The notes under the pieces are model-generated. The model did not search any database. It was not told where the DNA came from and saw only the letters and a program-made list of their open reading frames with translations. Below are positions 9,286-19,447 of a stretch of 64,000 nt of DNA, piece by piece. Origin of the DNA: an uncultured Oscillospiraceae bacterium (GTDB lineage: Bacteria; Bacillota; Clostridia; Oscillospirales; Acutalibacteraceae); NCBI GenBank assembly GCA_902472305.1, contig CABRNK010000004.1, forward strand, positions 15,395-79,394. Direction: 5' to 3'. Each line of letters begins with the position of its first letter. The first letter of the stretch is position 1. Position numbers and translations under genes: made by a program.

Positions 9286-10338
9286 ATGAAAGTCAACATC
9301 AAAACAATCAGTAAAATGACGGGCGTTTCCCCGGCAACGGTGTCGAACGCTTTGAACAACCGCAAGGGGGTCAGCCGGGAAACGGCGGAGCGGATTCAGG
9401 CCGTCGCGCGGGAATTCGGCTATTTCGACGGCGCGCGGATCGAGACGATCAACTTCGTCATCTATAAGCGGGACGGCAAAATCGTGACCGACACGCCGTT
9501 CTTTACAGCGCTGATCGCGGGCGTTGAGGCGGAGGCGCGGGCCGCTGGCTATAAAACGGTCATCTGCAATTTGGATTACCGGGAGCCGGATTTCTTCGCG
9601 GTGCGCGACCAGATTCTGAACGATTCGAGCTCGGCGATCCTCCTGCTCGCGACCGAGATGCAGGAGGAAGACATCAAGCCGTTTTCGTCGTCCCTCGCGC
9701 CGATCGTCGTGCTGGACAGCTGGTTCGAGGACATGACCTTCGATTCCGTTTTGATCAGCAACACGGATTCGGTTTGCAGCGCCGTAAGGGGGCTGATCGC
9801 CCGCGGGCACAAAAAAATCGGCTACCTGTGCGGCAGCACGCGGATCAAGAACTTTTTCTACCGCGAGGAGGGCTACCGGCGGGCCATGGCCGGCGCAGGG
9901 CTGGAGGCGGACCCGAAATTCTGCTTCCCGCTCACGCCCGACATGGAGGGCGCCTATGCGGACATGCTGTTTCTGCTTGAAAACGGCATAGAAATGCCGA
10001 CCGCCTTTTTTGCCGACAACGACATGGTCGCCTTGGGGGCGATGCGGGCGTTTCGGGAGTACGGCTACGCTGTGCCGGACGATATTTCGGTCGTCGGCTT
10101 CGACGACCTGCCGTTCGGCGCGGTGTCGTACCCGCCGCTGAGCACGATTCAGGTGCCGAAGGAGGAGATGGGCAGAACCGCGGTGCGCCGGCTGATCGAG
10201 ATCATCCGGAACCCAGCGGGCGTTAAGATGAAAATACAGGTCTGCAATACATATATCGAGCGCGGCAGCGTCCGCAATCTGAACGACGGGGAAGCGGGCG
10301 GCGTACCGGTGCAGACGGCGGCGGACCGCGCTGAGTGA
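9286..10338 (+). CDS. LacI family transcriptional regulator
   Basis: MKVNIKTISKMTGVSPATVSNALNN HTH; LacI-type sugar-binding body. Confidence 0.8.
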   Translation: MKVNIKTISKMTGVSPATVSNALNNRKGVSRETAERIQAVAREFGYFDGARIETINFVIYKRDGKIVTDTPFFTALIAGVEAEARAAGYKTVICNLDYREPDFFAVRDQILNDSSSAILLLATEMQEEDIKPFSSSLAPIVVLDSWFEDMTFDSVLISNTDSVCSAVRGLIARGHKKIGYLCGSTRIKNFFYREEGYRRAMAGAGLEADPKFCFPLTPDMEGAYADMLFLLENGIEMPTAFFADNDMVALGAMRAFREYGYAVPDDISVVGFDDLPFGAVSYPPLSTIQVPKEEMGRTAVRRLIEIIRNPAGVKMKIQVCNTYIERGSVRNLNDGEAGGVPVQTAADRAE

Positions 10339-10389
10339 GCCGCTCCGCGGCAAGCCGTAAAAGGTCTAGAGAGAAAGGAAGAGACGACG

Positions 10390-11793
10390 ATGAAAAAAAC
10401 GATCAGGCTGGGATACGCCCCCACGCGGCGCAGCATCTTCAGTGCGCCGGACGCCGTAAAGTACAGAAATCTCACGGCGGACCGGCTGCGGGAAATGGGC
10501 GTCGATTTTGTAGACATCGACGACATCAATGCCGAGGGGCTGCTGTACAGCGAGGACGACCGGCTGCGAATCCTCGAAAAATTTAAGGCCGAGAAGGTCG
10601 ACGGTCTGCTGCTGGCGCACTGCAATTTCGGCACGGAGTACCTCTGCGCGCGGCTCGCGAAGGAGCTCGGCGTGCCGGTGCTCTTGTGGGGCCCGCTCGA
10701 CGAGCGCCCTGAGCCGGACGGCGTGCGCCTGCGCGACACCCAGTGCGGCCTGTTTGCGACGGGCAAGGTGCTGCGCCGGTTCGGCGTGCCCTTTACCTAC
10801 CTGACGAACTGCCGGCTGAACGACCCGGTCTTTGAACGCGGCGTGCGCGATTTCCTCGCGGTGTGCAATGTGGTCCGGACCTTCCGGCACATTCGGATTT
10901 TGCAGATCGGGCCGCGCCCGTTTGATTTCTGGTCCACGATGTGCAACGAGGGCGAGCTGCTCGAAAAATTCGGCGTGGAGCTCGCGCCGGTGCCGCTGCC
11001 GGAGCTGACGGCGGAGGTCAGGCGCGCCATCGAAGAAGGGGACGCGGTGCGGGAGACGATCGCGTACTGCCGGGAGAATATGGAAATCCGGATCACAGAC
11101 GAGCAGCTTCAAAACGTGGCGGGGCTTGCCGTCGCGATGGAGCGCCTGATCGAAAAATACCACTGCAATGCGGGCGCGATCCAGTGCTGGAACGCCTTGC
11201 AGGGCGAGCTCGGCATCATGCCCTGCGCGGCGAACTCGCTTTTGAATGAAAAGGGCATCCCGATCGTCTGCGAGACGGATATCCACGGCGCGATCACGGC
11301 GCTTTTGGCCGAGGCCGCGGCGATGGGCGAAACGCGCTCCTTCTTTGCGGATTGGACGATCCGCCACCCGGACGTCGAGAACGGCGAGCTCTTGCAGCAC
11401 TGCGGCCCGTGGCCGATCTCTGTCGCGTCGTGCAAGCCGTGCATCACGTATCCGCTCGCGTTCGACTACCCCGGCGCGATCACCGCCGAGGCCAAGCACG
11501 GGAACGTGACGCTCTGCCGCTTCGACGGGGACAACGGCGACTACAGCCTGCTGCTCGGCAGCGCGAGGGGGATCGACGGCCCGAAGGGCATGGGCACCTA
11601 CCTTTGGGTCGAGGTGGAAAATATCAAGCGGCTCGAGGCAAAGCTTGTTGAGGGGCCGTATATCCACCACTGTGTGGGCATCCACAAGGATATCGTGCCG
11701 GTGCTGTATGAGGCCTGCAAGTACATCGGCGTCACGCCTGATTTATACGACGACAACGAGGAAGAGATCAAGGCGTATCTGAGGGGGGAATAA
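10390..11793 (+). CDS. sugar isomerase of the L-fucose/L-arabinose isomerase superfamily (candidate aldose-ketose isomerase)
   Basis: 467 aa; family-like architecture; GAGAAAGGAAGAGACGACG RBS. Family assignment from recognition only. Confidence 0.55.
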   Translation: MKKTIRLGYAPTRRSIFSAPDAVKYRNLTADRLREMGVDFVDIDDINAEGLLYSEDDRLRILEKFKAEKVDGLLLAHCNFGTEYLCARLAKELGVPVLLWGPLDERPEPDGVRLRDTQCGLFATGKVLRRFGVPFTYLTNCRLNDPVFERGVRDFLAVCNVVRTFRHIRILQIGPRPFDFWSTMCNEGELLEKFGVELAPVPLPELTAEVRRAIEEGDAVRETIAYCRENMEIRITDEQLQNVAGLAVAMERLIEKYHCNAGAIQCWNALQGELGIMPCAANSLLNEKGIPIVCETDIHGAITALLAEAAAMGETRSFFADWTIRHPDVENGELLQHCGPWPISVASCKPCITYPLAFDYPGAITAEAKHGNVTLCRFDGDNGDYSLLLGSARGIDGPKGMGTYLWVEVENIKRLEAKLVEGPYIHHCVGIHKDIVPVLYEACKYIGVTPDLYDDNEEEIKAYLRGE

Positions 11794-11794
11794 C

Positions 11795-12622
11795 ATGGGG
11801 CTTCAGGCAAAATCGTTCGCCCTGCGCCGGGACATTCTCGACATGGTGTACCGGGCCAAAACGGGGCACATCGGCGGGGACTTCAGCGTGTGCGATATTT
11901 TGAACGTGCTCTATAACGCGGTGATGGATATCACGCCGGAGAACTTCCCATCTCAGGACCGCGACCATTTTATTTTGAGCAAGGGACATTCCGTGGAGGC
12001 GTTGTACGCGGTGCTCTGCGACAAGGGCTTTTTCCCGCGGGAGGATCTTCTGACCGTGTCGCAGTTTCAGAGCCGCTACATCGGCCACCCGAACAATAAG
12101 GTGAACGGCATCGAGATGAACTCCGGCTCGCTCGGGCACGGGCTGTCCGTCGGCGTGGGCATGGCGCTCGCCATGCAGCGGGACGGCAAAAAGCACCGCG
12201 TTTACGTCGTCATGGGTGACGGCGAGCTGGCGGAGGGCTCCGTGTGGGAGGGCGCGATGGCGGCGGGCCACTACAGGCTCTCGAACCTCTGCGCTGTGGT
12301 GGACCGCAACGGCCTGCAGATCTCCGGCACGACGGAGGCGGTCATGCGGCAGGAAAGCCAGCGCGACCGTTGGAAATCGTTCGGCTGGAACGTACTTTCC
12401 GCTGCCGGAAACGATACGGCGGCGCTGAAGGCCGCATTTGACGCGGCGAAGCAGTGCACGGATAAGCCGACGGTCATTCTGGCCGAGACGGTAAAGGGCT
12501 GCGGCGTATCGTTCATGGAAAATCAGGCGGGCTGGCACCACCGCGTTCCGACCGAAACGGAATACGCGGCCGCGGCGGCCGAGCTTGAGGTGAAGAGAAA
12601 GGAGGCGGAGAGCCGTGAATAA
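11795..12622 (+). CDS. transketolase, N-terminal subunit (split TK)
   Basis: TGHIGGDFS, GHPN, GSLGHGLSVGVGMALA TPP-binding motifs; 275 aa. Confidence 0.85.
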   Translation: MGLQAKSFALRRDILDMVYRAKTGHIGGDFSVCDILNVLYNAVMDITPENFPSQDRDHFILSKGHSVEALYAVLCDKGFFPREDLLTVSQFQSRYIGHPNNKVNGIEMNSGSLGHGLSVGVGMALAMQRDGKKHRVYVVMGDGELAEGSVWEGAMAAGHYRLSNLCAVVDRNGLQISGTTEAVMRQESQRDRWKSFGWNVLSAAGNDTAALKAAFDAAKQCTDKPTVILAETVKGCGVSFMENQAGWHHRVPTETEYAAAAAELEVKRKEAESRE

Positions 12623-13550
12623 AATTGCAAACCGGCAGGTGATCTGCGAGGTGCTTTTGGAGCACGCGGCGAAGGATCGGGACATCACGGTGCTGTGCAG
12701 CGACTCCCGCGGCTCCGCCTCGCTCGCGCCGTTCGCCGAAAAATTCCCGACGCAGTTTGTGGAGATGGGCATTGCGGAGCAGAGCCTTGTTTCCACGGCG
12801 GCAGGCATGGCGCGGGTCGGCAAAAAAGCGTTTGCGGCTTCGCCGGCCTGCTTCCTCTCCACGCGGAGCATGGAGCAGGTGAAGGTGGACGTGGCCTATT
12901 CCCATACCAACGTCAAGCTGATCGGTATTTCCGGCGGCATCAGCTACGGGGCGCTGGGCATGACGCACCACAGTGCGCAGGATATCGCGGCGCTCGCGTC
13001 GATTCCGGGCCTGCGGGTGTACCTGCCGAGCGACCGGCATCTGACCCGCGCGCTCATGGAGGCGCTTTTGAAGGATTCTGAGCCGGCCTATATCCGCACG
13101 GGGCGCAACCCTGTGGAGGACGTGTACACGGCGGAGACACTGGATTTCGCGCTCGACCGGGCAGTCACCGTCCGCGAGGGCGGCGACGTCACGATCATCG
13201 CGTGCGGCGAGCTGGTGCGCCCTGCCTTGGATGCCGCTGCGCTGCTCGAAAAGCGCGGGATCTCCGCGCGCGTGCTCGATATGTACTGCGTCAAGCCCAT
13301 CGACCGCGCGGCGGTTCTGCGGGCCGCGGCGGAGACAAAGGGCATCGTCACGGTGGAGGAGCACGGCAAAATCGGCGGCATGGGCGCGATGGTCAGCCAG
13401 ATCACGGCGGAAAGCTGCCCGGTGCGCGTGAAAAATCTCGCTTTGCCGGATGAGCCGGCGGTCGCGGGCAGCTCGCAGGAGGTGTTCGCGTGGTACGGGC
13501 TGGACGCCGCGCACATTGCGGACGCGGCGGCGGAGCTGGTGGCGCTATGA
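12615..13550 (+). CDS. transketolase, C-terminal subunit (split TK)
   Basis: GTG start overlapping the upstream stop. Pyrimidine-binding / C-terminal TK domain motifs (EQSLVSTAAGMA). 311 aa. Confidence 0.85.
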   Translation: MNKIANRQVICEVLLEHAAKDRDITVLCSDSRGSASLAPFAEKFPTQFVEMGIAEQSLVSTAAGMARVGKKAFAASPACFLSTRSMEQVKVDVAYSHTNVKLIGISGGISYGALGMTHHSAQDIAALASIPGLRVYLPSDRHLTRALMEALLKDSEPAYIRTGRNPVEDVYTAETLDFALDRAVTVREGGDVTIIACGELVRPALDAAALLEKRGISARVLDMYCVKPIDRAAVLRAAAETKGIVTVEEHGKIGGMGAMVSQITAESCPVRVKNLALPDEPAVAGSSQEVFAWYGLDAAHIADAAAELVAL

Positions 13551-14998
13551 GGTACATTCTCGGCATCGACCAAAGTACGCAGGGCACAAAGGCCCTGCTG
13601 TTCGACGAAAACGGCGCGCCTGTCGGCCGGTGCGACCGGCGGCACGCGCAGAAAATCAGCCGGGAGGGCTGGGTTTCCCACGACCCGATGGAGATCTACC
13701 GCGGCACGATCGATGCCGTGCGGGCGCTGCTCGATCAAACCGGCGTTGACGGCGGCGCCGTCGCCGCGGTCGGGATCAGCAACCAGCGGGAGACCGCGCT
13801 GCTCTGGGACCGCGACACCGGCCTGCCCGCCGCGGATGCGGTCGTCTGGCAGTGCAGCCGCGCGGCGGAGCTCTGCCGGCACTTTGAGGACAGCGCCGGG
13901 CAGATCAAGCAGACGACGGGGCTCAACCTATCCCCGTATTTCCCGGCGGCAAAGTGGGCATGGCTGCTCGAAAACACGCCGGGGCTTTCCGGAAAAAGGC
14001 TGTGCGCCGGCACGATCGATAGCTGGCTCGTCTATAAGCTCACCGGCGGGAAGCACTTTAAAACCGATTATTCAAACGCCTCCCGCACGCAGCTCTTCGA
14101 CATTACGGCGCTGCGGTGGGATGCGGCGCTGTGCGGCATGTTCGGCGTGGCGGAGGAAATGCTGCCCGAGGTCTGCCCGAGCGATTCCGTTTTCGGGGAG
14201 ACCGATTTTGAGGGCATACTGCCGCATCCCGTTCCGATCTGCGGCGTGCTCGGCGATTCGCACGGCGCGCTGTTCGGGCAGGGGTGCCTAAAGCCCGGCA
14301 TGACAAAGGCCACCTACGGAACGGGCTCCTCGGTGATGATGAACATCGGGAAAAAGCCCGTGTTCAGCGATAAAGGCGTCGTGACTTCGCTCGCGTGGGG
14401 CATGGGCGGCGAGGTCGCCTATGTGTTCGAGGGCAATATCAATTACACCGGCGCCGTCACCCGCTGGGTGGTGGATGACCTGCATCTGCTCGATTCCGCC
14501 GCAGAGGCGGGCGCCGTTGCGGCGGAGGCCGACCCGGAGGACGGCACGTATCTGGTGCCGGCGTTCACCGGGCTCGGCGCGCCGTACTGGAAGCCCGAGG
14601 CGCGGGCCGCGTTCTGCGGCATGTCCCGCACCACGGGCCGGGCGGAGCTGGTGAAAGCTGCGGAGGAGTGCATCGCCTACCAAATCGCGGACGTCGTCCG
14701 GGCGATGGAGGCGGATTCCGGCGTGCAGATCGGCGAGCTGCGCGTGGATGGCGGCCCCACGCGGGACAAATATCTGATGCAGTTTCAGAGCGACATTCTG
14801 AACATCCCGGTCGCGGTGCCGCAGCACGAGGAGCTTTCCGGCATCGGCGCGGCATACTGCGCAGGCATTGCCGCCGGCGTTTACAGCAAAGCGGTGCTGG
14901 CGCGCGCAGAGCGCTCGGCGTTCGTGCCGCTGAAAGGCGGCGCATGGCGGGAGAGCCGGTATCAGGGCTGGAAAAACGCAGTCGGCAGGCTGCTGTGA
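13547..14998 (+). CDS. FGGY-family carbohydrate kinase
   Basis: ATGA overlap with the TK-C stop. MRYILGIDQSTQGTKALLFDENG N-terminus typical of FGGY kinases. Confidence 0.8.
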   Translation: MRYILGIDQSTQGTKALLFDENGAPVGRCDRRHAQKISREGWVSHDPMEIYRGTIDAVRALLDQTGVDGGAVAAVGISNQRETALLWDRDTGLPAADAVVWQCSRAAELCRHFEDSAGQIKQTTGLNLSPYFPAAKWAWLLENTPGLSGKRLCAGTIDSWLVYKLTGGKHFKTDYSNASRTQLFDITALRWDAALCGMFGVAEEMLPEVCPSDSVFGETDFEGILPHPVPICGVLGDSHGALFGQGCLKPGMTKATYGTGSSVMMNIGKKPVFSDKGVVTSLAWGMGGEVAYVFEGNINYTGAVTRWVVDDLHLLDSAAEAGAVAAEADPEDGTYLVPAFTGLGAPYWKPEARAAFCGMSRTTGRAELVKAAEECIAYQIADVVRAMEADSGVQIGELRVDGGPTRDKYLMQFQSDILNIPVAVPQHEELSGIGAAYCAGIAAGVYSKAVLARAERSAFVPLKGGAWRESRYQGWKNAVGRLL

Positions 14999-15027
14999 TA
15001 TTTTGAAAAGTGAGAGGAGACGGAATC

Positions 15028-16545
15028 ATGCAGACGGTTGAAAAATGGGGCGTCTTTGAAGCGGCGGTTCGCGGCCCGCAGGACGGTAACCCCTTTACGG
15101 AGCAGTTTTTCAGCGCCGTGTTCCGCGGCAAGTGCGAGACGGTCGAGGTTGACGGCTTTTACGACGGCGACGGCATTTACAAGGTGCGCTTTATGCCGTC
15201 CTTCGAGGGCGCGTATACGTACGAGACGCGCGGGAGTTTCCCCGAGGCCGCCGGCCGCGGGGAATTCACGGTGACGGCGCCCGGCGCGGGCAACCACGGC
15301 CCGATGCGCGTCGTGAACCAGTACCATTTCGCCTACGAGGACGGCACGCCGTACTACTCGGTGGGCACGACCTGCTATGTCTGGTGCCACCAGCCGGAGG
15401 ACATCCGGCAAAAGACGCTCGAGGAGCTCGACAAGGGATATTTCAATAAGATGCGCTTCTGCGTGTTCCCGAAGCATTACATCCACAATTTCAAAGACCC
15501 CGAAACCTTCCCGTACGAGGGCACCCCGGTGGACAACAGCGGCCTGAATGAGGAGACCTTCTCACCGGCCGTCGATTTCTCGGGCAATGACTGGGATTTC
15601 ACCCGCTTCAACCCGGTGCATTTCCGGCGCGTGGAGCAGGCGATCCGGGAGCTAGGCGACCGCGGAATCGAGGCGGATATCATTGTCATGCACCCGTACG
15701 ACCGCTGGGGCTTCTCACAGATGACGAAGGCGCAGGACGACCTGTACTGGAATTATGTGATCGCCCGCTTCGCCGCGTACCGCAATGTTTGGTGGAGCCT
15801 CGCAAACGAATACGACCTGATGGGGGCCAAAACGCTGGAGGACTGGGAGCGGTACGCCGCGATCCTCTGCGAAAAGGACCCGTACAACCACCTGCGCTCT
15901 ATCCACAACTGCATTGCGTTTTACGACCACAGCCGCCCGTGGATCACACATTGCAGCCTGCAAAGGCAGGATTTGTACCGCCATGTCGAATACACGGAGG
16001 ATTACCGCGTGCGCTACGGCAAGCCGGTGGTCTGGGACGAGATCGCCTACGAGGGCAACATCGATATGGGCTGGGGCAACATCTCCGGGCAGGAGCTGAC
16101 CCGCCGGTTCTGGGAGGCCTCGCTCCGCGGCGGCTACGCGGGGCACGGCGAGACGTATCTCGACCCCGAAAACGACATCCTCTGGTGGAGCCATGGCGGC
16201 CCGCTGCACGGCGATAGTCCCGCGCGCATCCGGTTCCTGCACGGCATTCTGGCGGAAACGCCGGGCCGCGGCTTAAAGCTCGCCGCCGGCATGTTCGATG
16301 AAACCGTGGCCGTGCCGGACGCCGTGTCCTTCGGGCAAGGCGCCGGGTATGAGATCCACTACTACGGCTTCGGCCGGCCGTCGTTCCGCGATTTCCGCAA
16401 GCCCGAGGGCGAGCGGTGGAAGGCGGAGGTCATCGACACGTGGAACATGACGGTCGAGGACGCCGGCGTCCACACCGGCCGGTTCCGCATTTCGCTTCCC
16501 GGCCGCGAGTATATCGCCGTTCGGCTGACGCGGGTAGAGGCGTAA
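15028..16545 (+). CDS. glycoside hydrolase, GH140-like (DUF5060 + DUF4038 architecture; apiosidase family candidate)
   Basis: GAGAGGAGACGGAATC RBS then ATG MQTVEKWGVFE. N-terminal region typical of DUF5060 followed by a DUF4038 TIM-barrel region. Assignment by recognition, not computed. Confidence 0.5.
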   Translation: MQTVEKWGVFEAAVRGPQDGNPFTEQFFSAVFRGKCETVEVDGFYDGDGIYKVRFMPSFEGAYTYETRGSFPEAAGRGEFTVTAPGAGNHGPMRVVNQYHFAYEDGTPYYSVGTTCYVWCHQPEDIRQKTLEELDKGYFNKMRFCVFPKHYIHNFKDPETFPYEGTPVDNSGLNEETFSPAVDFSGNDWDFTRFNPVHFRRVEQAIRELGDRGIEADIIVMHPYDRWGFSQMTKAQDDLYWNYVIARFAAYRNVWWSLANEYDLMGAKTLEDWERYAAILCEKDPYNHLRSIHNCIAFYDHSRPWITHCSLQRQDLYRHVEYTEDYRVRYGKPVVWDEIAYEGNIDMGWGNISGQELTRRFWEASLRGGYAGHGETYLDPENDILWWSHGGPLHGDSPARIRFLHGILAETPGRGLKLAAGMFDETVAVPDAVSFGQGAGYEIHYYGFGRPSFRDFRKPEGERWKAEVIDTWNMTVEDAGVHTGRFRISLPGREYIAVRLTRVEA

Positions 16546-16871
16546 GCGGGATATTTCAAAAGGATCGACTGATCTGGAAACAGAAAAGTCAAAACTTTAA
16601 GCAAAGTCGAAGGCGCGATTAAGCCCTGAAAGGGTTTAATACAAGTTGGTATCCAAGACGTGTGGAACGATTTGGGACTTGTGTCACTTGCCATAACGCC
16701 CGTAAACGGGCGTTATTCCTTCTAGGCATGGATTGTGCTCTGCTCTGACTCCCTGATCTTAACTCGCTTCACCCGCAACTTGGAGCTAAAGCTTTAGGGT
16801 GTTCCCACCAGCATGGTGGTCCCATATGCAACAGAAAAATGGAGGACAGCCTGTATCGCACAGGCTGTCCT

Positions 16872-17110
16872 CGGTTTTTGTCGCTCACTTCTGCGCCTTT
16901 CCCATATGGCTCCGGTACTGCTCCGGCGTGACGCCATAGATCTTTCGGAAGGACTGGATGTAGTGGGATACATCGTTGTAGCCCACATGGGCGGCAATAT
17001 CACTGACCTTGAAGATAGTTTTTTCCAAAAGCTCGCGGGATTTTTCCAGCCGATATTCAATCAGATATTTTGAGAAGGTTTTGCAGCACTTCGCCTTGAA
17101 AAGCCGGCAA
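16872..17110 (-). pseudogene. C-terminal fragment of an AraC-family HTH regulator
   Basis: Minus frame reads ...KTFSKYLIEYRLEKSRELLEKTIFKVSDIAAHVGYNDVSHYIQSFRKIYGVTPEQYRSHMGKAQK*; no N-terminal part. Confidence 0.55.
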
Positions 17111-17136
17111 GGAACGGTAATATTTCTGAACTTTTG

Positions 17137-17877
17137 CTAGGTGTTGGCTCCATCGATAGTGGCGGCTTCATACAGATCCGCCGGAACGCTTTGCAGACCG
17201 GCCAGCAGGAGCACGGTAGGCGTTGCGCAGCCCTGTAAAATGTTGGATTGAAGCTGAGACAGCGTCCATGTGTCCTTGTCAGGGAACATGAATGCGACCT
17301 CACTCTTGCTTTTAATATCTTCGGCAATGGCGATCAGCTCGTCCCACATCGTGGGACTTTCATATCCGGCGGCCTCAAACTTATCAACGTCGTAGAATAC
17401 GCCCATGAAGTTGCAGGAGAAGGGCAGGCAGCAGTAGTGGCCGTCCTCGAATTTCACGGCGTCCAGATAGTTGGACATCACGTTGTCCATGCAGCCGACC
17501 TTGTCCAGCGCCCGCAGACGGCCCTGCTGCGCAAACTGGATGAACTGCGAATCGGTGGGCCCATGCATCATGACGTCGGGAATATCATTGGTTGCGGCGC
17601 GGGTCATCAGGACGGTCGCTGCATCGGGCACCACGTTCTGCGTGACTACGATACCGGGATTTTCCTCTTGGAACGCCTCGACCGCAGCGTTTAAGGAGTC
17701 CACGACCTCCCGCTTTTGCTGGAAAAACTCGATCTCAACGGTTGTGCCGGCAGCTTCCGGCGCGGATTCCCCGCTGCTGGAGGTGCTTCCATCAGCCGTA
17801 CTGCCTGCGGAGCCGGTATCCCCGCCGCAGCCGGCAATCATGCTGGCCAGCATGGCGGCGGCAAGAGAAACGACCAA
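17137..17877 (-). pseudogene. ABC transporter SBP N-terminal fragment fused in frame to a permease fragment (EAATIDGA)
   Basis: Lipoprotein signal ...LAAAMLASMIAGCGG. Body ends in ...LYEAATIDGANT, which is a permease signature. The upstream ATG is out of frame across a 7-nt homopolymer at 17882-17888. Confidence 0.6.
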
Positions 17878-18393
17878 AAGCTTTTTTTCATAACAACAAC
17901 ATCCTTTCTTTGTTGAGCGTTATCCCGAGATGTTTGACTATTTGCACAATCAATCTCGGCTTATCTGTGTATAATTATAGAAACTTTTTCGAAGATTTGG
18001 TATAAGATTTATTACGTTTCCCATATAGCAAAACTGATTTTTGTGTATTGTGTCCGAATGGGGGGGTTAAATACGTTTGATTTTGGTGCTTTTAAAAGTT
18101 TAACTTATCGGCATTCCGCCCACAAAATACCGTCCTTTTTCTCAGAGGAGAGGCAGGGCGCTGCCGTTGAGCAGAACGCGGGAGACATGCTCGCGGCAGT
18201 AGAGCTTCACCGCGCGGACCGGCATTACGGCCCCAGAGAGTATGAAGCTGCCATTGATAGCTCCGTCCAGTGGTATCAGCCGGAGTATTGGGCCTACCGG
18301 GAAAGAAGATTACAACAACAGGAAAAGAAACAGCTATCCTTTTATCGTCAGGAGCTGGAACGGTGAAGAATTTTGAGTTGAAAGGAGGGAGCC

Positions 18394-18500
18394 ATGGCAA
18401 GTAAATTCCAGACCATCACGGAACTGCATGGGAGCACAGCGAAAGCAGTGACCGCCACCCCGTCTAGCTGGAGGACGTTTTTTCACCACTTTCCGAGCGG
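18394..18500 (+). pseudogene. truncated ORF start (MASKFQTITELHGSTAKAV...) with strong RBS
   Basis: GAAAGGAGGGAGCC then ATG; the reading frame degenerates into low-complexity antisense sequence after about 35 codons. Confidence 0.25.
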
Positions 18501-18506
18501 GGTGCC

Positions 18507-19447
18507 TCATCCTCCGGGGACACTGTCCAGCAGTTCCCTGTCTTTTTCGTTCAGCTTCAGTAGCTTGGTCAGCTCCGCCAAGCGTTGGGGTTTCTCCCGC
18601 GGCTTCTGCCCCCGGCCAAGGGCTTTTCCGCTTTCGTCTTGGCAACAGGCACTCTGTTGCTCAAACGTAATTGCTTCAGTTCCAAATAACTTTCTGAGCT
18701 TATTCAGCTTGTCAAGCTGTTGTTTGTTTAGCTGTACGGTCTGCAAAATTGCTGAAATAGTATTTTTTGCGTTGCGTGAATCAGCCTGTGAATCCGTTCA
18801 TGCAGAATGATCAGATTGGTGTACAAGCGGCCGTCCTTCATGCTCTCCGGCACCAGCCCAAAGAAGTTGCCAATGCCGCAGGAAGGCCCCAAGATGTTAC
18901 CCGTGCGGAATCCCATGTTTTCCACCGTCTGGTAAATGGCCTTGATGACAACGGGAGAAGTGTGCTGGGCATTTAGGGTGGTGGCTTTGGTGGCATCTAT
19001 TCCCTGGAGGACAACAGGCTCTTCAGTCCTGCGAATTTCTTCGCCCACTGTGGATTGTCCCCCGTCAAACGCTTAGGGCAAGCCGCCCCAGCCCACATAC
19101 CGGGACAAGGTTTCCTGTTCCTCCGGAGTGGCCAACTTTCCTTCCGGCTCGATTTTCTGCAAGGCTTGGATGGCCGCTGCATTGTTGTGGAATTTTGTCT
19201 TGGCCCCGCCCTCGCCCAGATGGTCATCTGTAATGCGGAAGTTGTGGCGCTGTACCGGGGGAATTTCCGGGTACAGGGTCGTAAAGGTAATACGCTCACG
19301 GCGGGGGTGCTTTGGCGGCGGTGGAAGTGATTCTTCTTTTTTAGGCTGTTCCTGCTCCATGCCGGTCATTTGGCTTTCATGGCGATCAATATTCTCCATG
19401 GTGAGCCATTCCGGTTTTTCCGGCAGGGCGGTATAGAGTTCCCACAT
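18507..19447 (-). pseudogene. frameshifted 5' fragments of a conjugative-element-type DNA methyltransferase/helicase gene
   Basis: Fragments NFRITDDHLGEGGAKTKFHNNAAAIQALQKIEPEGKLATPEEQETLSRYVGWGGLP, then DNPQWAKKFAGLKSLL in another frame, then NAQHTSPVVIKAIYQTVENMGFRTGNILGPSCGIGNFFGLVPE (methylase motif I). Frames are interrupted. Confidence 0.5.

Noticed and set aside
1559-13514. Numerous long minus-strand ORFs overlapping the + strand operons (e.g. 1559..2401, 1935..2750, 7689..9365, 8794..10353, 10366..11685, 11768..12871, 12513..13514)
   Set aside because: High-GC antisense frames lacking stops. Translations are R/A/G/P-rich with no family resemblance. The sense genes have RBSs, coupled starts and clear homology.
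16794-17073. Listed 86-88 aa ORFs (16794..17060 minus, 16813..17073 plus)
   Set aside because: Neither frame gives a protein-like sequence. A third minus frame gives a clean AraC HTH C-terminal fragment, so the region is a pseudogene remnant rather than either listed ORF.
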